Origin: Candidatus Latescibacterota bacterium
GTDB taxonomy: Bacteria > Latescibacterota > UBA2968 > GCA-2709665
Reading direction: 5' to 3'
Assembly (NCBI GenBank): GCA_965208835.1
Contig: OZ242358.1
Coordinates: forward strand, 4,928,001 to 4,992,000
Length of the DNA: 64,000 nucleotides
The translations under genes were made by a program, and so were the position numbers. Positions within the stretch are counted from its first letter, which is position 1; every line of letters begins with the position of its first letter. Of the stretch, positions 18,250-28,286 are shown piece by piece. The notes under the pieces were generated by a model that was not told where the DNA came from, ran no database searches, and worked only from the letters and a program-made list of their open reading frames with translations.

Positions 18250-19713
18250 ATGTCGATACAATCCATCCGCTTTCGGCAACTGACGCTTCTCATGGGCCTG
18301 TGCATTGTCGCCGGCGCATTCACGACGCCGGCATTCGCCTCCGAAGACCAGGCCATCGAGCAGCTTCGGAACCTCAACAAGGCCTTTACGAGCATTGCCG
18401 AGCGGGTTACGCCGACTGTAGTCACCATCAGCACCAGAGAGACCGTTTCCGGCCGAGGCTGGTCCCGGCGAATGCCTGAATTCTTCAATCCCTATTTTCG
18501 GATGCCGCGGGGCCGGGAACGGCAGGAGGAACGCCCGGGACTCGGCTCCGGCATTATCGTGACCGCGGACGGGTATATTCTGACCAACCACCACGTCGCG
18601 GGGCGAGCGGACGAGATCACCGTGATCCTCAATAATAATGAGGAGTTCGAAGCCCGGCTGGTGGGCACCGATTCACTCACGGACGTGGCGGTCATCAAAA
18701 TCGATGCGGAAGGCCTCCAGGCCGCCCCAATCGGCAACTCCGACGAGGTCCAGATCGGTGAGTGGGTCATGGCGGTCGGCGCGCCGCTGGCCCTGCGGTC
18801 GACCGTCACCTCCGGCATCGTCAGCGCGCTGGGCCGAAACCTCGATGTCATTCGCGATCGGGAAGGTTTCGCAGTCAATGACTTCATCCAGACCGATGCC
18901 GCCATCAACCCCGGCAACTCGGGCGGGGCGCTGATCAACCTCGACGGAGACGTCATCGGCGTCAACACGGCCATCGCGTCGAGTACCGGACAGTTTGTCG
19001 GGTACGGTTTCGCCATTCCGATCAACCTGGCCAAGAAAATAATGGATGATATCGTCGCGCATGGCGGCGTCCGCCGTGGTTTTCTCGGCATAGGCCTGAG
19101 GTCCGTCGATGCGGGTCTTGCCGACGCGTTCGGCCTGGACCGCCCGCGAGGGGTATTCATCTCCAAGGTATATTCAGACACCCCCGCGGACGTCGCCGGG
19201 CTCAGGGAAGGAGACATTATCCTGACCATCGATGGCGAAGAGGTCAATCGTTCGAACCACGTACAGAGCCTGATTACGCGAAAGCGACCCGAGGAGTCCG
19301 TTACGGTGAAAATACACCGGAAGGACAGGATAATCATGCTTCCGGTCAAGCTGGGGGAAAAGCCCTCGCGGATCGGCGACATAGCCACGGCCAGGACGCC
19401 GGCCGGACAGTCCGAGTTCCATGGCCTCACCGTGAGCAACATCACCCCTGAAATGGCGGAAAGATGGGGCCTGGAAGTCGGAATGGACGGCATTCTCGTG
19501 ACCGACGTGGCCGCCGGAAGCCGCGCCGCGAGAGCCCGCTTTGAGCGGGGAGACATCATCTTCAAGGTCCGCCAGGGGAATTTCGAACGGGATGTCCGTA
19601 CCGTGGTCGATTTCAAGGCATCCATGCGCAAACTCGAAAAGGGCCGAAACGCAGCATTTTTCGTCCGGCGGGGAACGCACAACCTGTTTCTGACCATGAA
19701 GACTCCTGAGTAG
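18250..19713 (+). CDS. degP: Periplasmic HtrA/DegP/DegQ serine protease with two PDZ domains
   Basis: Signal peptide; TNHHV, DVAVIK, TDAAINPGNSGG catalytic triad; two C-terminal PDZ-like domains. Confidence 0.95.
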   Translation: MSIQSIRFRQLTLLMGLCIVAGAFTTPAFASEDQAIEQLRNLNKAFTSIAERVTPTVVTISTRETVSGRGWSRRMPEFFNPYFRMPRGRERQEERPGLGSGIIVTADGYILTNHHVAGRADEITVILNNNEEFEARLVGTDSLTDVAVIKIDAEGLQAAPIGNSDEVQIGEWVMAVGAPLALRSTVTSGIVSALGRNLDVIRDREGFAVNDFIQTDAAINPGNSGGALINLDGDVIGVNTAIASSTGQFVGYGFAIPINLAKKIMDDIVAHGGVRRGFLGIGLRSVDAGLADAFGLDRPRGVFISKVYSDTPADVAGLREGDIILTIDGEEVNRSNHVQSLITRKRPEESVTVKIHRKDRIIMLPVKLGEKPSRIGDIATARTPAGQSEFHGLTVSNITPEMAERWGLEVGMDGILVTDVAAGSRAARARFERGDIIFKVRQGNFERDVRTVVDFKASMRKLEKGRNAAFFVRRGTHNLFLTMKTPE

Positions 19714-19762
19714 GAAGGCAGGCGCGGCGCGCGTCTGTTCGGGTCACCAGGACGATTCGTAC

Positions 19763-19800
19763 GAAGAAAGCCCGGCGGGAATGCACGCCGGGCTTTCTTC
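19763..19800. terminator. Intrinsic (probably bidirectional) terminator
   Basis: gaagaaagcccggcg-ggaatgca-cgccgggctttcttc perfect stem between convergent genes. Confidence 0.8.
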
Positions 19801-19822
19801 TTGCCGTCAGCTGTCAGCCAAA

Positions 19823-20017
19823 AGCGGGGAGACGGGAGAGGGGAGAGGGGAGAGGGGAGAAGACCACACCCCACCCTGCCACCTGGTGAGAGGGGAGACG
19901 TTAGACGGGAGAGATTGCCTGCCTTGTGAGGTTTCTTCTCGTGCCGGAGGCAAGCAGTAGAAAAAATATCGGGCGAAGATTTCATCTACCGGCTTCCGTC
20001 TACCCTCTCCCCGCTTT
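19823..20017 (+). repeat. Heptamer-arm element copy 8 (C-rich module, core type A)
   Basis: aaagcggg...(ggagagg)n...tgccGGAggca...ccccgcttt. Confidence 0.9.
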
Positions 20018-20058
20018 TTCGCGACCTCTCCCCCCGGCATCTAAGAAACAGCCCGTTT

Positions 20059-21813
20059 TTACGGGCCGTTCCTGTTGATTTTAATCACGTAGGTCTTGGG
20101 CGCTTCCGTGGTGTGTATCACCGTGAAGCGTTTCGGATATGCTTTTATTGCAGGTATAATGTACTTCAGTTTTTCCTTGAAAAACGGGATGTTGTCCAGC
20201 AGGATGTAGTCGTATTTCATCAGCGCCCGGAGCGCTTCAACGGGGTCCTCGACGCGAGGGTAGCCATTCGTCTCCCGCCCGGACCAGAACCAGACAAGGC
20301 CCGGCTTCCGCGTGGTGACCCGGCATTGTGCAGGGGTATTGTCCCTCATCCAGACGCTGGCCTCGTAGTACGACTTCCAGTACTTCCCATAGCCCGGCGT
20401 CATCCGGCGCGCTCGTACGGTTCCAAAATCCACGAACAGGGACGGCAGCAGGAATACGCATGCCAGAAACACGGGACTGTGCCTGACCAACACCCGGCGC
20501 TGAAATACTGCCAGGACTCTGCCCGGTGGCAGATTGCGTGAAGACCGTTTGGACCGTGAGATGGATTCCGGAAATCGGTTGCAGATCTTTTCCACGCCCT
20601 TGAAAATGTAAAAGACGATAAACGGCAGGACGGGAAGGAGATATCGATCCGGGGAACCGGGCAGGGTGAATAGCGTGGCAGCGTAGCCCAGGAAGTACCA
20701 ATCGTGGACCTCGAGGCTCCGCAAGAGCGAGAGGGGATTCCTGTTCGCCGGCCTTCTCCCGAACACAAATCCGATTCCGATCAGTATCAGAACGAGCCAG
20801 CCGATGAGGCTCCATTTTTCGAAAATTGGCAACTGCCTCATGTAATCTCCGGGAAGAAGGAGATATTCCAGGTTTTTCAGATAGCCGGCCGGGTTCTTCT
20901 GAAGGAAATAATAGAAGAAATTCTGCCAGAAGGAGCCCACTTCGCCCTCCGGAATATAGACACCTCTGGCGATCTGGTTTGTCATTCCCAGATAGCCCTG
21001 GGACTCCGGAAAGTTAACCTTCAGATAAATCGCCCAAGGCAGGACCCAGATGGAGGCGAATACAGCGAGGAGCAGCGGTTTCTTCACTTCCTTGCGAAGC
21101 ACCAGATATATCGCTGCCGCAATGACCAGGTAAATGGACGGGGACTTCACGTGGTAAGCCCAACCCACGGCGCAGGCGGCGGCGATCAACCAATTCAAGG
21201 AGATGCCGGGGCGCCTGATATACTGAAGGATAGCCCAGAGGGCGAGCAACGAGAAAGCGGGAAAGGGCATGTCCGCCGTGACGACGTTGGAATACCTCAC
21301 CGCCAGCCAGAAGGCGCCCGAGATCAGGGCTATCAGAAGCGCCCGGCTGTCATCGATAAATCCCCGGAGGACCAGGAACGTGCAGAGCGGAAACAGGATG
21401 CCCGATACGGCGATCGTGACTTTCAGTGCGGGAACACTGGCAGGAAACAGAATGACGGCGGGCATCAGCATGGTTTTCACGCCGAGACCGTACTGACTGT
21501 CTACGACCCCTTTGCCCTGAACCAGGCGCCTGGCGTCCCTGATGTACGCGATATTATCGCCGATAATCTCCACCCATTCGTTGCAGGTCAGGAGGTACAG
21601 GCCGCAAATGGCAAGGGTACCCGCCAATGCTGCATACATATACCTGTGTTTCGGTATCTGCCGGAACGCGGCCAGCGCGGCGACACACAGAATCACCAGT
21701 GAACACGCCATGACAGGCACGGCCGTGGCAATGTTGAGTTGGTGAATACACTGAAAAACCAGCAAGATAACCAGACAATACGGAATGATGAGACTGAGAC
21801 GCCGCACGTTCAT
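20059..21813 (-). CDS. Integral membrane GT-C-fold glycosyltransferase (ArnT/PMT-like)
   Basis: Many TM segments, GD...Y first loop, ADMPF, DRYLLP.LP, soluble C-terminal domain; coupled by ATGA overlap to the upstream GT2. Confidence 0.7.
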   Translation of the reverse strand: MNVRRLSLIIPYCLVILLVFQCIHQLNIATAVPVMACSLVILCVAALAAFRQIPKHRYMYAALAGTLAICGLYLLTCNEWVEIIGDNIAYIRDARRLVQGKGVVDSQYGLGVKTMLMPAVILFPASVPALKVTIAVSGILFPLCTFLVLRGFIDDSRALLIALISGAFWLAVRYSNVVTADMPFPAFSLLALWAILQYIRRPGISLNWLIAAACAVGWAYHVKSPSIYLVIAAAIYLVLRKEVKKPLLLAVFASIWVLPWAIYLKVNFPESQGYLGMTNQIARGVYIPEGEVGSFWQNFFYYFLQKNPAGYLKNLEYLLLPGDYMRQLPIFEKWSLIGWLVLILIGIGFVFGRRPANRNPLSLLRSLEVHDWYFLGYAATLFTLPGSPDRYLLPVLPFIVFYIFKGVEKICNRFPESISRSKRSSRNLPPGRVLAVFQRRVLVRHSPVFLACVFLLPSLFVDFGTVRARRMTPGYGKYWKSYYEASVWMRDNTPAQCRVTTRKPGLVWFWSGRETNGYPRVEDPVEALRALMKYDYILLDNIPFFKEKLKYIIPAIKAYPKRFTVIHTTEAPKTYVIKINRNGP

Positions 21814-22547
21814 TCTCCGGAAAAGCGGTATTTGAGGAGGGTTTTGATATTGACGAAGAAATCTGTCCAGCGCACCTTCTTCCCGGCGCTCACGTCCCGA
21901 CCCGTGTACGTAATCGGGACGTCAACGATTCGGCAGCCTCTTTTCAGGAGTTTGGCCGTAAGTTCGTGCTCCAGATCGAAGCCGTCACGCACCAGTGAAA
22001 TCTCACGCACGGTATCGGTCCGGTAGAGTTTGTACCCTGTGCACAGGTCCGTAATCCGTGAGAGAAAGAGGAGATTCGTAAACCAGGTGAGCAGTTTGTT
22101 GGCGATGAAGTTCGGCAGCATCATGCCTTCGATATTGCCCAGGAAACGAGAACCGAACACCGCGCCGATGGAAGGGTCCCGAAGAAACGGGGCGATCAGC
22201 TCGGGGTAGTCTTCGGGTGCGTATTCCAGGTCGGCATCCTGGATGAGGGCCCATTCTCCGGTCGCGTGGTCCAGGGCCGTGCGAACGGCCGCGCCCTTTC
22301 CCCTGTTTAAAGGATGGCGCACGACCCTGATGCCATCATCCTTCAGTGTCCTTAAAATAGCTTCGGTACCGTCAGTTGACCCGTCATCAACGACGATGAT
22401 TTCTTTGTCAACGCCTTCCTGAACCGGTACGGCCCTGACGCGGTCGATCACGGCGCCAAGCGTATTCGCCTCGTTGTAAACGGGAATCATGATGGAAAGC
22501 AGGTTTTTCCGTGAGGTTGTGTCAGAACGCGTGTTCACGTGGCGCAT
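21810..22547 (-). CDS. GT2 glycosyltransferase, polyprenol-phosphate sugar synthase (DPM1-like)
   Basis: IPVYNE, VDDGSTDGT, NRGKGAA, QDADLEY.P, GSRF; start trimmed to MRHVN. Confidence 0.92.
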   Translation of the reverse strand: MRHVNTRSDTTSRKNLLSIMIPVYNEANTLGAVIDRVRAVPVQEGVDKEIIVVDDGSTDGTEAILRTLKDDGIRVVRHPLNRGKGAAVRTALDHATGEWALIQDADLEYAPEDYPELIAPFLRDPSIGAVFGSRFLGNIEGMMLPNFIANKLLTWFTNLLFLSRITDLCTGYKLYRTDTVREISLVRDGFDLEHELTAKLLKRGCRIVDVPITYTGRDVSAGKKVRWTDFFVNIKTLLKYRFSGE

Positions 22548-23638
22548 CCCGGTGAAACCTGCTTCACCTTCAGGCCGGCGGGATCGACCGTGGCGGGAAG
22601 GATCCGCGCCGTGGGCACAGCGGACAATACTTCGCACCAGGCGGCCGAGAGTCCGGGTACGATATCGGCATGCGGCGCAAGCGCCCAGACGCAGCCGCCG
22701 TTGCCACTGCCCGCTGTTGCGAATCCCGCGCCGAATTCGGTGCAGACGGCCTGAAGCTTTTCTCCGAGCACGGTCATTCGGGCCGGCACGATCGCGCAGC
22801 GAATCGCGGTTTCCTCGTCCATCAACCTGCCCGCGGCCTCCCAGTCAGTCCGTTTCAGCGCCTCGGCGAACTCCGTGGCGATTTCATTGACGCGAAACCA
22901 CCGGCCGCGATGTCGACCTGCCAGGAAATCCTCGACCTGCCGACTGTTGACGTCGTTGGAATCATGCGGTTTGCCAATGTAGGCGATCAGTAGCCGGTCA
23001 CTGAGGGCGGCGTACTGGTCAGGCGGGAGAATCGCCGTCCTGAGAAACTTTCCACCCGGGTTTCCGTAGGTCCACCGCCAGGTGTTTACGCCCCCGTACG
23101 CGGCAGCGCACTGGTCCTGCCGGCCGGTATAGGAGAACCGGAGGCCGTCTTCGATATTGTAGACGATCTCCACGATTTCCTCCGGGGAAAGACGCTCGCC
23201 TCCAACCCGTTCTCTTGCGAGGGAGAGCGCTCCGGCCAGGGCTACGGAGAGCGTGCCGGACCCGCCCACGCCGCTGCGGGGCGGGCAGCCGTACGAGATC
23301 TCGATTTCGACGCCGCCCAGCGCGAAATGAGCCGCAATCGCGAACAGGAGTCCGAAATGGCCCGTCATGTCGGGCGCGTCCGCGAGATACGTCTCGCGAT
23401 GAAATTCGTCCAGAATCCGGACGTAACCCGGTCTGTACGCTCTGAGGCGGATGCTTGTGCGCACGGAAATGGCGATATTGGTGGTGGACGGATTGCGGCT
23501 GGCGTAGGGCAGTGCGAAACACTTGAGGTCCCACGTGCCGCCAACGTCCAGCCGGCAAGGCGCGGAAGACAGGATTTCGACCGTTTGCAGATGATCGCTG
23601 AGATCGGTGAATGCTTCTGGCATAGTTGTAGCCGTCAC
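22535..23638 (-). CDS. GHMP-family sugar kinase (HddA-like)
   Basis: APCRLDVGGTWD, PPRSGVGGSG, GRQDQ.AA.YGG, GSGNGG. Confidence 0.85.
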   Translation of the reverse strand: MTATTMPEAFTDLSDHLQTVEILSSAPCRLDVGGTWDLKCFALPYASRNPSTTNIAISVRTSIRLRAYRPGYVRILDEFHRETYLADAPDMTGHFGLLFAIAAHFALGGVEIEISYGCPPRSGVGGSGTLSVALAGALSLARERVGGERLSPEEIVEIVYNIEDGLRFSYTGRQDQCAAAYGGVNTWRWTYGNPGGKFLRTAILPPDQYAALSDRLLIAYIGKPHDSNDVNSRQVEDFLAGRHRGRWFRVNEIATEFAEALKRTDWEAAGRLMDEETAIRCAIVPARMTVLGEKLQAVCTEFGAGFATAGSGNGGCVWALAPHADIVPGLSAAWCEVLSAVPTARILPATVDPAGLKVKQVSPGCAT

Positions 23639-23652
23639 GATAGGTTCAACGA

Positions 23653-23676
23653 GGGCGACCGGCCGGTCGCCCCTAC
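23653..23676 (-). repeat. GTAG-type REP palindrome
   Basis: gggcgaccggccggtcgccc-ctac, identical to 56389-56412 and with a similar downstream linker. Confidence 0.8.
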
Positions 23677-23714
23677 AATTGCAATGAAGGCGCGGCGAGT
23701 GCTGAGCTCTCAGA

Positions 23715-23845
23715 AGCGGGTAGACGCAAGACGGGAGAGGGTAGAGATCGCATGCCGTGTAAGGTTTCTTCTCACGCCGCAGGCTAGTCGGAGGAACAAA
23801 TCGGCAAGGACTTCCTCTCCCGTCTACCGTCTTACGTCTAACCGC
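23715..23845 (+). repeat. Heptamer-arm element copy 9 (core type B)
   Basis: Core gatcgcatgccgtgtaagg...gccGCAggctagtcggaggaacaaatcggcaagg; abuts the xerD stop. Confidence 0.9.
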
Positions 23846-23846
23846 A

Positions 23847-24785
23847 TTATGCCCTTGGATGGAAAGTCCGGTGGACCTCTTTGAGGTATTCGCGGTCGAC
23901 GTGGGTGTAGATCTGCGTTGTCGAAATATCCACGTGGCCCAACATTTCCTGCACGGCCCGGAGGTCGGCGCCGCCTTCCAGCAGATGGGTCGCGAAAGAG
24001 TGACGCATCGTGTGCGGGCTGACCGATTTCCGGATACCGGAGTTCTGAACGTATCGCCTCAAAATCTTCCATACGCCCATTCGCGACATGGCCCCGCCGC
24101 GAAAATTCAGGAAAACCGTATTTCCCGACGCCGCACCGCTCAGTTCCTCACGTGCGCCCGTCAGATAGCGATTGACCCACGCCACGGCTTCCGTTCCGAT
24201 GGGTACGACCCGCTCCCGGCTGCCCTTGCCGATCACGCGAACCACCTCCAGGTCGAACAGGAGATGCAACCGTTCCAGGCCGATCAGCTCCGAAACCCGT
24301 AGACCCGCTCCGTACAACATCTCAAGCAGCGCGCGGTCCCGAAGGCCCAGAAGCGTCTCCACGTCCGGCTCCACCATCAGGCGTTCGACTTCGTATATGT
24401 TCAGGACGGATGGCAGTTTCCGCCCCAGTTTGGGCGACTTCATATGCTCGGTGGGGTCGTTTTCGATCATTCCCTCCGCGTGCAGGTACCGATGAAACAT
24501 CCGGACGGCAGTCAGGTTTCTCGCCACGCTGGACGCTTCCAGGCCGAGCTCTCCCAGCAAGTGAAGAAACGCGGATACGTCCGCCTGGGACACCTGGACG
24601 GGCGTTGTTACGCCCCGCGCCTCCAGAACCGTGGCGTACCGGTCCAGGTCCCTGGCATAGGCCGATACGGTATTCTCAGCCAGACCCTGCTCCAGGTGCA
24701 CGTAATCCATAAACCCGCGCAGCGCGTTGCGCCATTCCGCCGTCAGGCGTTGCTCGCCCGTATCAAAATCGGTCTCGACCGTCAT
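23847..24785 (-). CDS. xerD: Site-specific tyrosine recombinase XerD
   Basis: GLAENT..AY.RDL, RDRALLE.LY.AGLRVSEL, GKG..ERVVP, SPHT.RHSFATHLL.GGADLR.VQEMLGH.DISTTQIYTHV, HPRA. Confidence 0.95.
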   Translation of the reverse strand: MTVETDFDTGEQRLTAEWRNALRGFMDYVHLEQGLAENTVSAYARDLDRYATVLEARGVTTPVQVSQADVSAFLHLLGELGLEASSVARNLTAVRMFHRYLHAEGMIENDPTEHMKSPKLGRKLPSVLNIYEVERLMVEPDVETLLGLRDRALLEMLYGAGLRVSELIGLERLHLLFDLEVVRVIGKGSRERVVPIGTEAVAWVNRYLTGAREELSGAASGNTVFLNFRGGAMSRMGVWKILRRYVQNSGIRKSVSPHTMRHSFATHLLEGGADLRAVQEMLGHVDISTTQIYTHVDREYLKEVHRTFHPRA

Positions 24786-25314
24786 TCCCGCGTTCTCCCT
24801 TACCCCCGTTTTCCTCCAACGCCAGCAGGGCGGCTTTCCATTCGCCGCCGTAAGCGAAGCCCGTCAACGCCCCGGAAGTCCCCACAACCCGATGGCATGG
24901 CACCACGATTACAAAGGGGTTCTTCCCTAGCGCGGCGCCCACCGCGCGTGCGGCTTTGGGGCGACCGACGGCATTCGCGACGTCGCTGTAGGTACGCCGC
25001 ACGCCATATGGAATATCTCGAGTCGCTCTCCAGACCATCCCCTGAAAGGCCGTAAAGCCGGACATGTCAGGGAGGTCGTGAAACCGCACGGGCTCGCCGG
25101 AAAAGTAACCGGCCAGCGCGTCGATGAGGCGCTGGCCCGCGGGGTCCGGGGGATCGCCCTCAATCAGCGCGGGACGGGCGATATCCACCCGCCCGATGCG
25201 CCCCAACCGGATCGACGCCAGCCGGGTTCCGTCCCAGGCAACCTCGACCCGCCCCAGGGGTGTCTGAAGGACGGCGGATTGAATGGCCGAAGCCGTGCCG
25301 TTTCCGTTTTTCAT
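24763..25314 (-). CDS. ogt: Methylated-DNA-protein-cysteine methyltransferase
   Basis: T.FQ..VW....IPYG...TY, ARAVG.A...NP...VPCHRVV. Start MKNG with GGAG RBS; the upstream ORF extension is repeat-derived. Confidence 0.93.
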   Translation of the reverse strand: MKNGNGTASAIQSAVLQTPLGRVEVAWDGTRLASIRLGRIGRVDIARPALIEGDPPDPAGQRLIDALAGYFSGEPVRFHDLPDMSGFTAFQGMVWRATRDIPYGVRRTYSDVANAVGRPKAARAVGAALGKNPFVIVVPCHRVVGTSGALTGFAYGGEWKAALLALEENGGKGERGNDGRDRF

Positions 25315-25356
25315 TGCGTTCTCCACGTTAATGGGCCTTTTTCCCGGCCCCTCAGA

Positions 25357-25577
25357 AGCGGGTAGACGTAAGACGTTAGACGGGAGAGGACCACACCCTG
25401 CCCCACCACCTGGTAAGACGTAAGCCGGGAGAGGGGAGAGATTTCCTGCCTTGTGAGGTTTCTTCTCGTGCCGGAGGCAACGATGAATAACATACCTGGC
25501 AATGATTTCATCTACCGTCTTACGTCTCCCGTCTACCCGCATTTTTTCTACCGTCTACCCTCTACCGTCTAACCACC
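25357..25577 (+). repeat. Heptamer-arm element copy 10 (C-rich module, core type A)
   Basis: Lies between uvrC and ogt; core tgccGGAggca. Confidence 0.9.
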
Positions 25578-25596
25578 TTTTGGCATTCCGACATTC

Positions 25597-27486
25597 TCAC
25601 TGACTTTGTTTCGAAAGATCCATTGCCAATTGGTCCGCGATCTGTTCGGCGAGCTTCGGTCCGATGCCCTCCACCGCCGCGAGTTCCGCGACGCCCGCCT
25701 CCCAGACCTTTTTCATGGATCCGAAATGCGCCAGCAGCGCCTTCCGCCTGGCCGGACCCACGCCGTCGAGCTCATCCAGCCGGGAAGCCAGCGTTCGTTT
25801 TTGCCGCAACTTGCGGTGATAGGTGACGGCAAACCGGTGCGACTCATCCCGGACGGCCTGCAACAGCTTGAGCGCCGCCGACGCCTTGGGGATATTCTGA
25901 GGGTCCGGGTGAGCCGGGAGGAAGACTTCCTCGAGACGCTTGGCGAGACCGATCACCGGCTGATCCTTAACGCCCACCGCATTCAACGCCGCCACCGCGC
26001 TGGAGAGTTGCCCTTTTCCGCCGTCGATCAACAACAGATCGGGAAACGCGCGTCCCTCCTCCATCAGCCGTTTGAAACGCCGCGTCACCACCTGCCGCAT
26101 CATCGCGAAATCGTCCGGGCCCTCGATACCCGTAATCCTGAAGTGCCTGTACTCGGACTTTCGTGGCCTGCCGTCAACGAAACACACCAGCGACGCCACG
26201 GGGTCCGACCCCTGAAAGTTCGAAATGTCCACGGCCTCGATCCACTTCGGCGGCCGCTCGAGGCGCAGGTCGCGCTGCAGCGCGGCGACGGCGGCGGGCG
26301 CCTGGGACCTCCTGTTTTCCCGCCTCAACCGGCGCTCGCTGAGCAGCAGCGCGGCGTTGTTCTCCGCCATCTTCACCAGCCGCGCCTTGTCGCCCCGCTG
26401 GGGCACTCGGATCTCCACCAGACCCCCTGCCCGCCCCCGCAACCAGTCCAGCACGGTCTCGCGCGACTCGATATCGCACGGCAGGCAGATCTCCTCCGGC
26501 ACGAACGATGCCGTCAGATAGAGCAACTGGACGAAGGAGCCGACCACCTCTTCGATCGGCGCGTCCAGGACGCCGCCCAGGAAGTAGTGCTGCCTTCCGA
26601 TGAGCCTGCCCTCCCGGACCTCCATCACCACGCAGCAGGCTTCGTCGTCTTCCCTGGCGACCGCGATCGTGTCCCAGTCTTTCTGTTCCGCGGACACCAC
26701 TCTCTGGCGGTTGGTCGTCTGCTCCAGGTCACGCAGCCGGTCCCGGTAGACCGCGGCCTCCTCGAAGTGCTGTTCGGCGGCCGCATTCCGCATGCGTTCC
26801 TTCAGCGCGGCGACCACCTGCGTGTGGCGCCCAGTCAAAAACAGCACGGCCTCGCGAACGATCTTGCGGTACTCCGACGCCGGGATTAGCCCCTCGCAGG
26901 GCCCGTCGCAACGTTTGATCTCATAGTCGAGACAGAGACGGACGTTCGTCGCAGGCAGCGCGTAATCACAACTCCTTACCCGGAACAGCCGGTGCATGGT
27001 TTCGAGGGTCCGACGCAGGGCCTTGACGTCCGTATAGGGGCCCAGATAACGCGAACCGTCCTTGACGACGTCGCGCGTAAACAGGATTCTGGGAAACGGC
27101 TCATCGGTAATCCGGACGAACGGGTACTTCTTGTCGTCCTTCAGGTTGATATTGTACCGGGGCTTGTGCTCCTTGATCAGATTGGACTCCAGGATCAGGG
27201 CGTCCACCTCGGTATCCGCCACGATATATTCCAGGTCCCGCGCGTTGCGTACGAGCGCCCGGAACTGACGCCTGCCGTCGTCTGCGTTTGACCGGATGTA
27301 GGACTGCGCCCGGCTCCGCAGGCACTTCGCCTTACCTATATATATGATCCGCCCCAGTTCGTCTTTCAACATATACACGCCGGGTTCCCGCGGCATATGA
27401 GACACAATCTCATTGAGGCGCCTGCGCACGGCTTTACGGCTCAGTTTGGCCGGCGTCGCGCTACGGTTTCGGGATACCGGGTTCAT
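25597..27486 (-). CDS. uvrC: Excinuclease ABC subunit C
   Basis: PGVY..YIGKAK.LR, LE.NLIK...PRYN..LKDDK.YP, DISN, DGGKGQ, RDESHRFA, HhH. Confidence 0.98.
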   Translation of the reverse strand: MNPVSRNRSATPAKLSRKAVRRRLNEIVSHMPREPGVYMLKDELGRIIYIGKAKCLRSRAQSYIRSNADDGRRQFRALVRNARDLEYIVADTEVDALILESNLIKEHKPRYNINLKDDKKYPFVRITDEPFPRILFTRDVVKDGSRYLGPYTDVKALRRTLETMHRLFRVRSCDYALPATNVRLCLDYEIKRCDGPCEGLIPASEYRKIVREAVLFLTGRHTQVVAALKERMRNAAAEQHFEEAAVYRDRLRDLEQTTNRQRVVSAEQKDWDTIAVAREDDEACCVVMEVREGRLIGRQHYFLGGVLDAPIEEVVGSFVQLLYLTASFVPEEICLPCDIESRETVLDWLRGRAGGLVEIRVPQRGDKARLVKMAENNAALLLSERRLRRENRRSQAPAAVAALQRDLRLERPPKWIEAVDISNFQGSDPVASLVCFVDGRPRKSEYRHFRITGIEGPDDFAMMRQVVTRRFKRLMEEGRAFPDLLLIDGGKGQLSSAVAALNAVGVKDQPVIGLAKRLEEVFLPAHPDPQNIPKASAALKLLQAVRDESHRFAVTYHRKLRQKRTLASRLDELDGVGPARRKALLAHFGSMKKVWEAGVAELAAVEGIGPKLAEQIADQLAMDLSKQSQ

Positions 27487-27487
27487 A

Positions 27488-27991
27488 TCAAATGTCCAGA
27501 ATTTCGACCTGCAGCCGCCGCAAGTCCAGCAGCCCGACGGTGGACCGGCCGGTCACCCAGCCGCCCGCCTCTCCGGGATTGACGACCAGCGTGCCGCCGG
27601 AGCGGACGTCGATCTCGTGCGTATGACCGTAGACGATCACGTCGTAGGCGCCGCTTGCCGCCAGCGCGTCCACTTCGTCGGGTTCGTGAAGAACCAGCAG
27701 CCGCCTGTCCTCGTGTACGAATGCATAGGGCGCGCGATGGATGGCGCCCAGCGACTCGAACTGGGCGCGAAGCCCGAAGCGCTCACCGTCGTTGTTGCCG
27801 AATACACCCACCATGGGCGCGTTCAGGCCGGTCATCCATTTGGCGTTGAAGGGCGCGATATAGTCCCCGGCGTGCACCACCAGCCCGACTTCCCGCTCGT
27901 TGAACAACGCCGTCGCCTTCTCCACCGAAGCCTTGTTGTCGTGCGTGTCGGCAATCAGTCCCACCAGATGCGCGTGTGCCATCGAGACCAT
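27488..27991 (-). CDS. Metallophosphoesterase (YfcE/MJ0936 family)
   Basis: DTHD, HAGD, GNND, GHTH, NPGE; exact start uncertain. Confidence 0.92.
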   Translation of the reverse strand: MVSMAHAHLVGLIADTHDNKASVEKATALFNEREVGLVVHAGDYIAPFNAKWMTGLNAPMVGVFGNNDGERFGLRAQFESLGAIHRAPYAFVHEDRRLLVLHEPDEVDALAASGAYDVIVYGHTHEIDVRSGGTLVVNPGEAGGWVTGRSTVGLLDLRRLQVEILDI

Positions 27992-28286
27992 CCGTTCGTG
28001 TGCGGTTTTCAACGACGGGGATTCGGTTCATACAAGGAGAACGGCACCGGCCGCGGGCGCCTTCTGAATTCAAGACAAACTTACGCCTCTCCGGTGGTTT
28101 TGTCAACCGAAGGGCGGGACGTACCGCGAATTGACAGGCTGTAACGCGAATCGACGATTCGTGCTACCGGATCATTGCCTGTTTGCGATAGGTTTATGTT
28201 GACAAGAATGATGGATTATGTGAATTTTGTGATCGTCCATCACACAGGCGGGGATCAATAGTACTTCCGCCACAGGGGAAACTTCA

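Noticed and set aside
18492-19985. Long antisense or alternative-frame ORFs (e.g. 18492-19985, 16871-18106, 7404-8666, 47419-48909, 60339-61727)
   Set aside because: They are shadows of well-supported genes in high-GC DNA and have no recognisable motifs.
23847-24785. Phage or island integrase
   Set aside because: It has the hallmark XerD motifs and a housekeeping context; no phage genes nearby.
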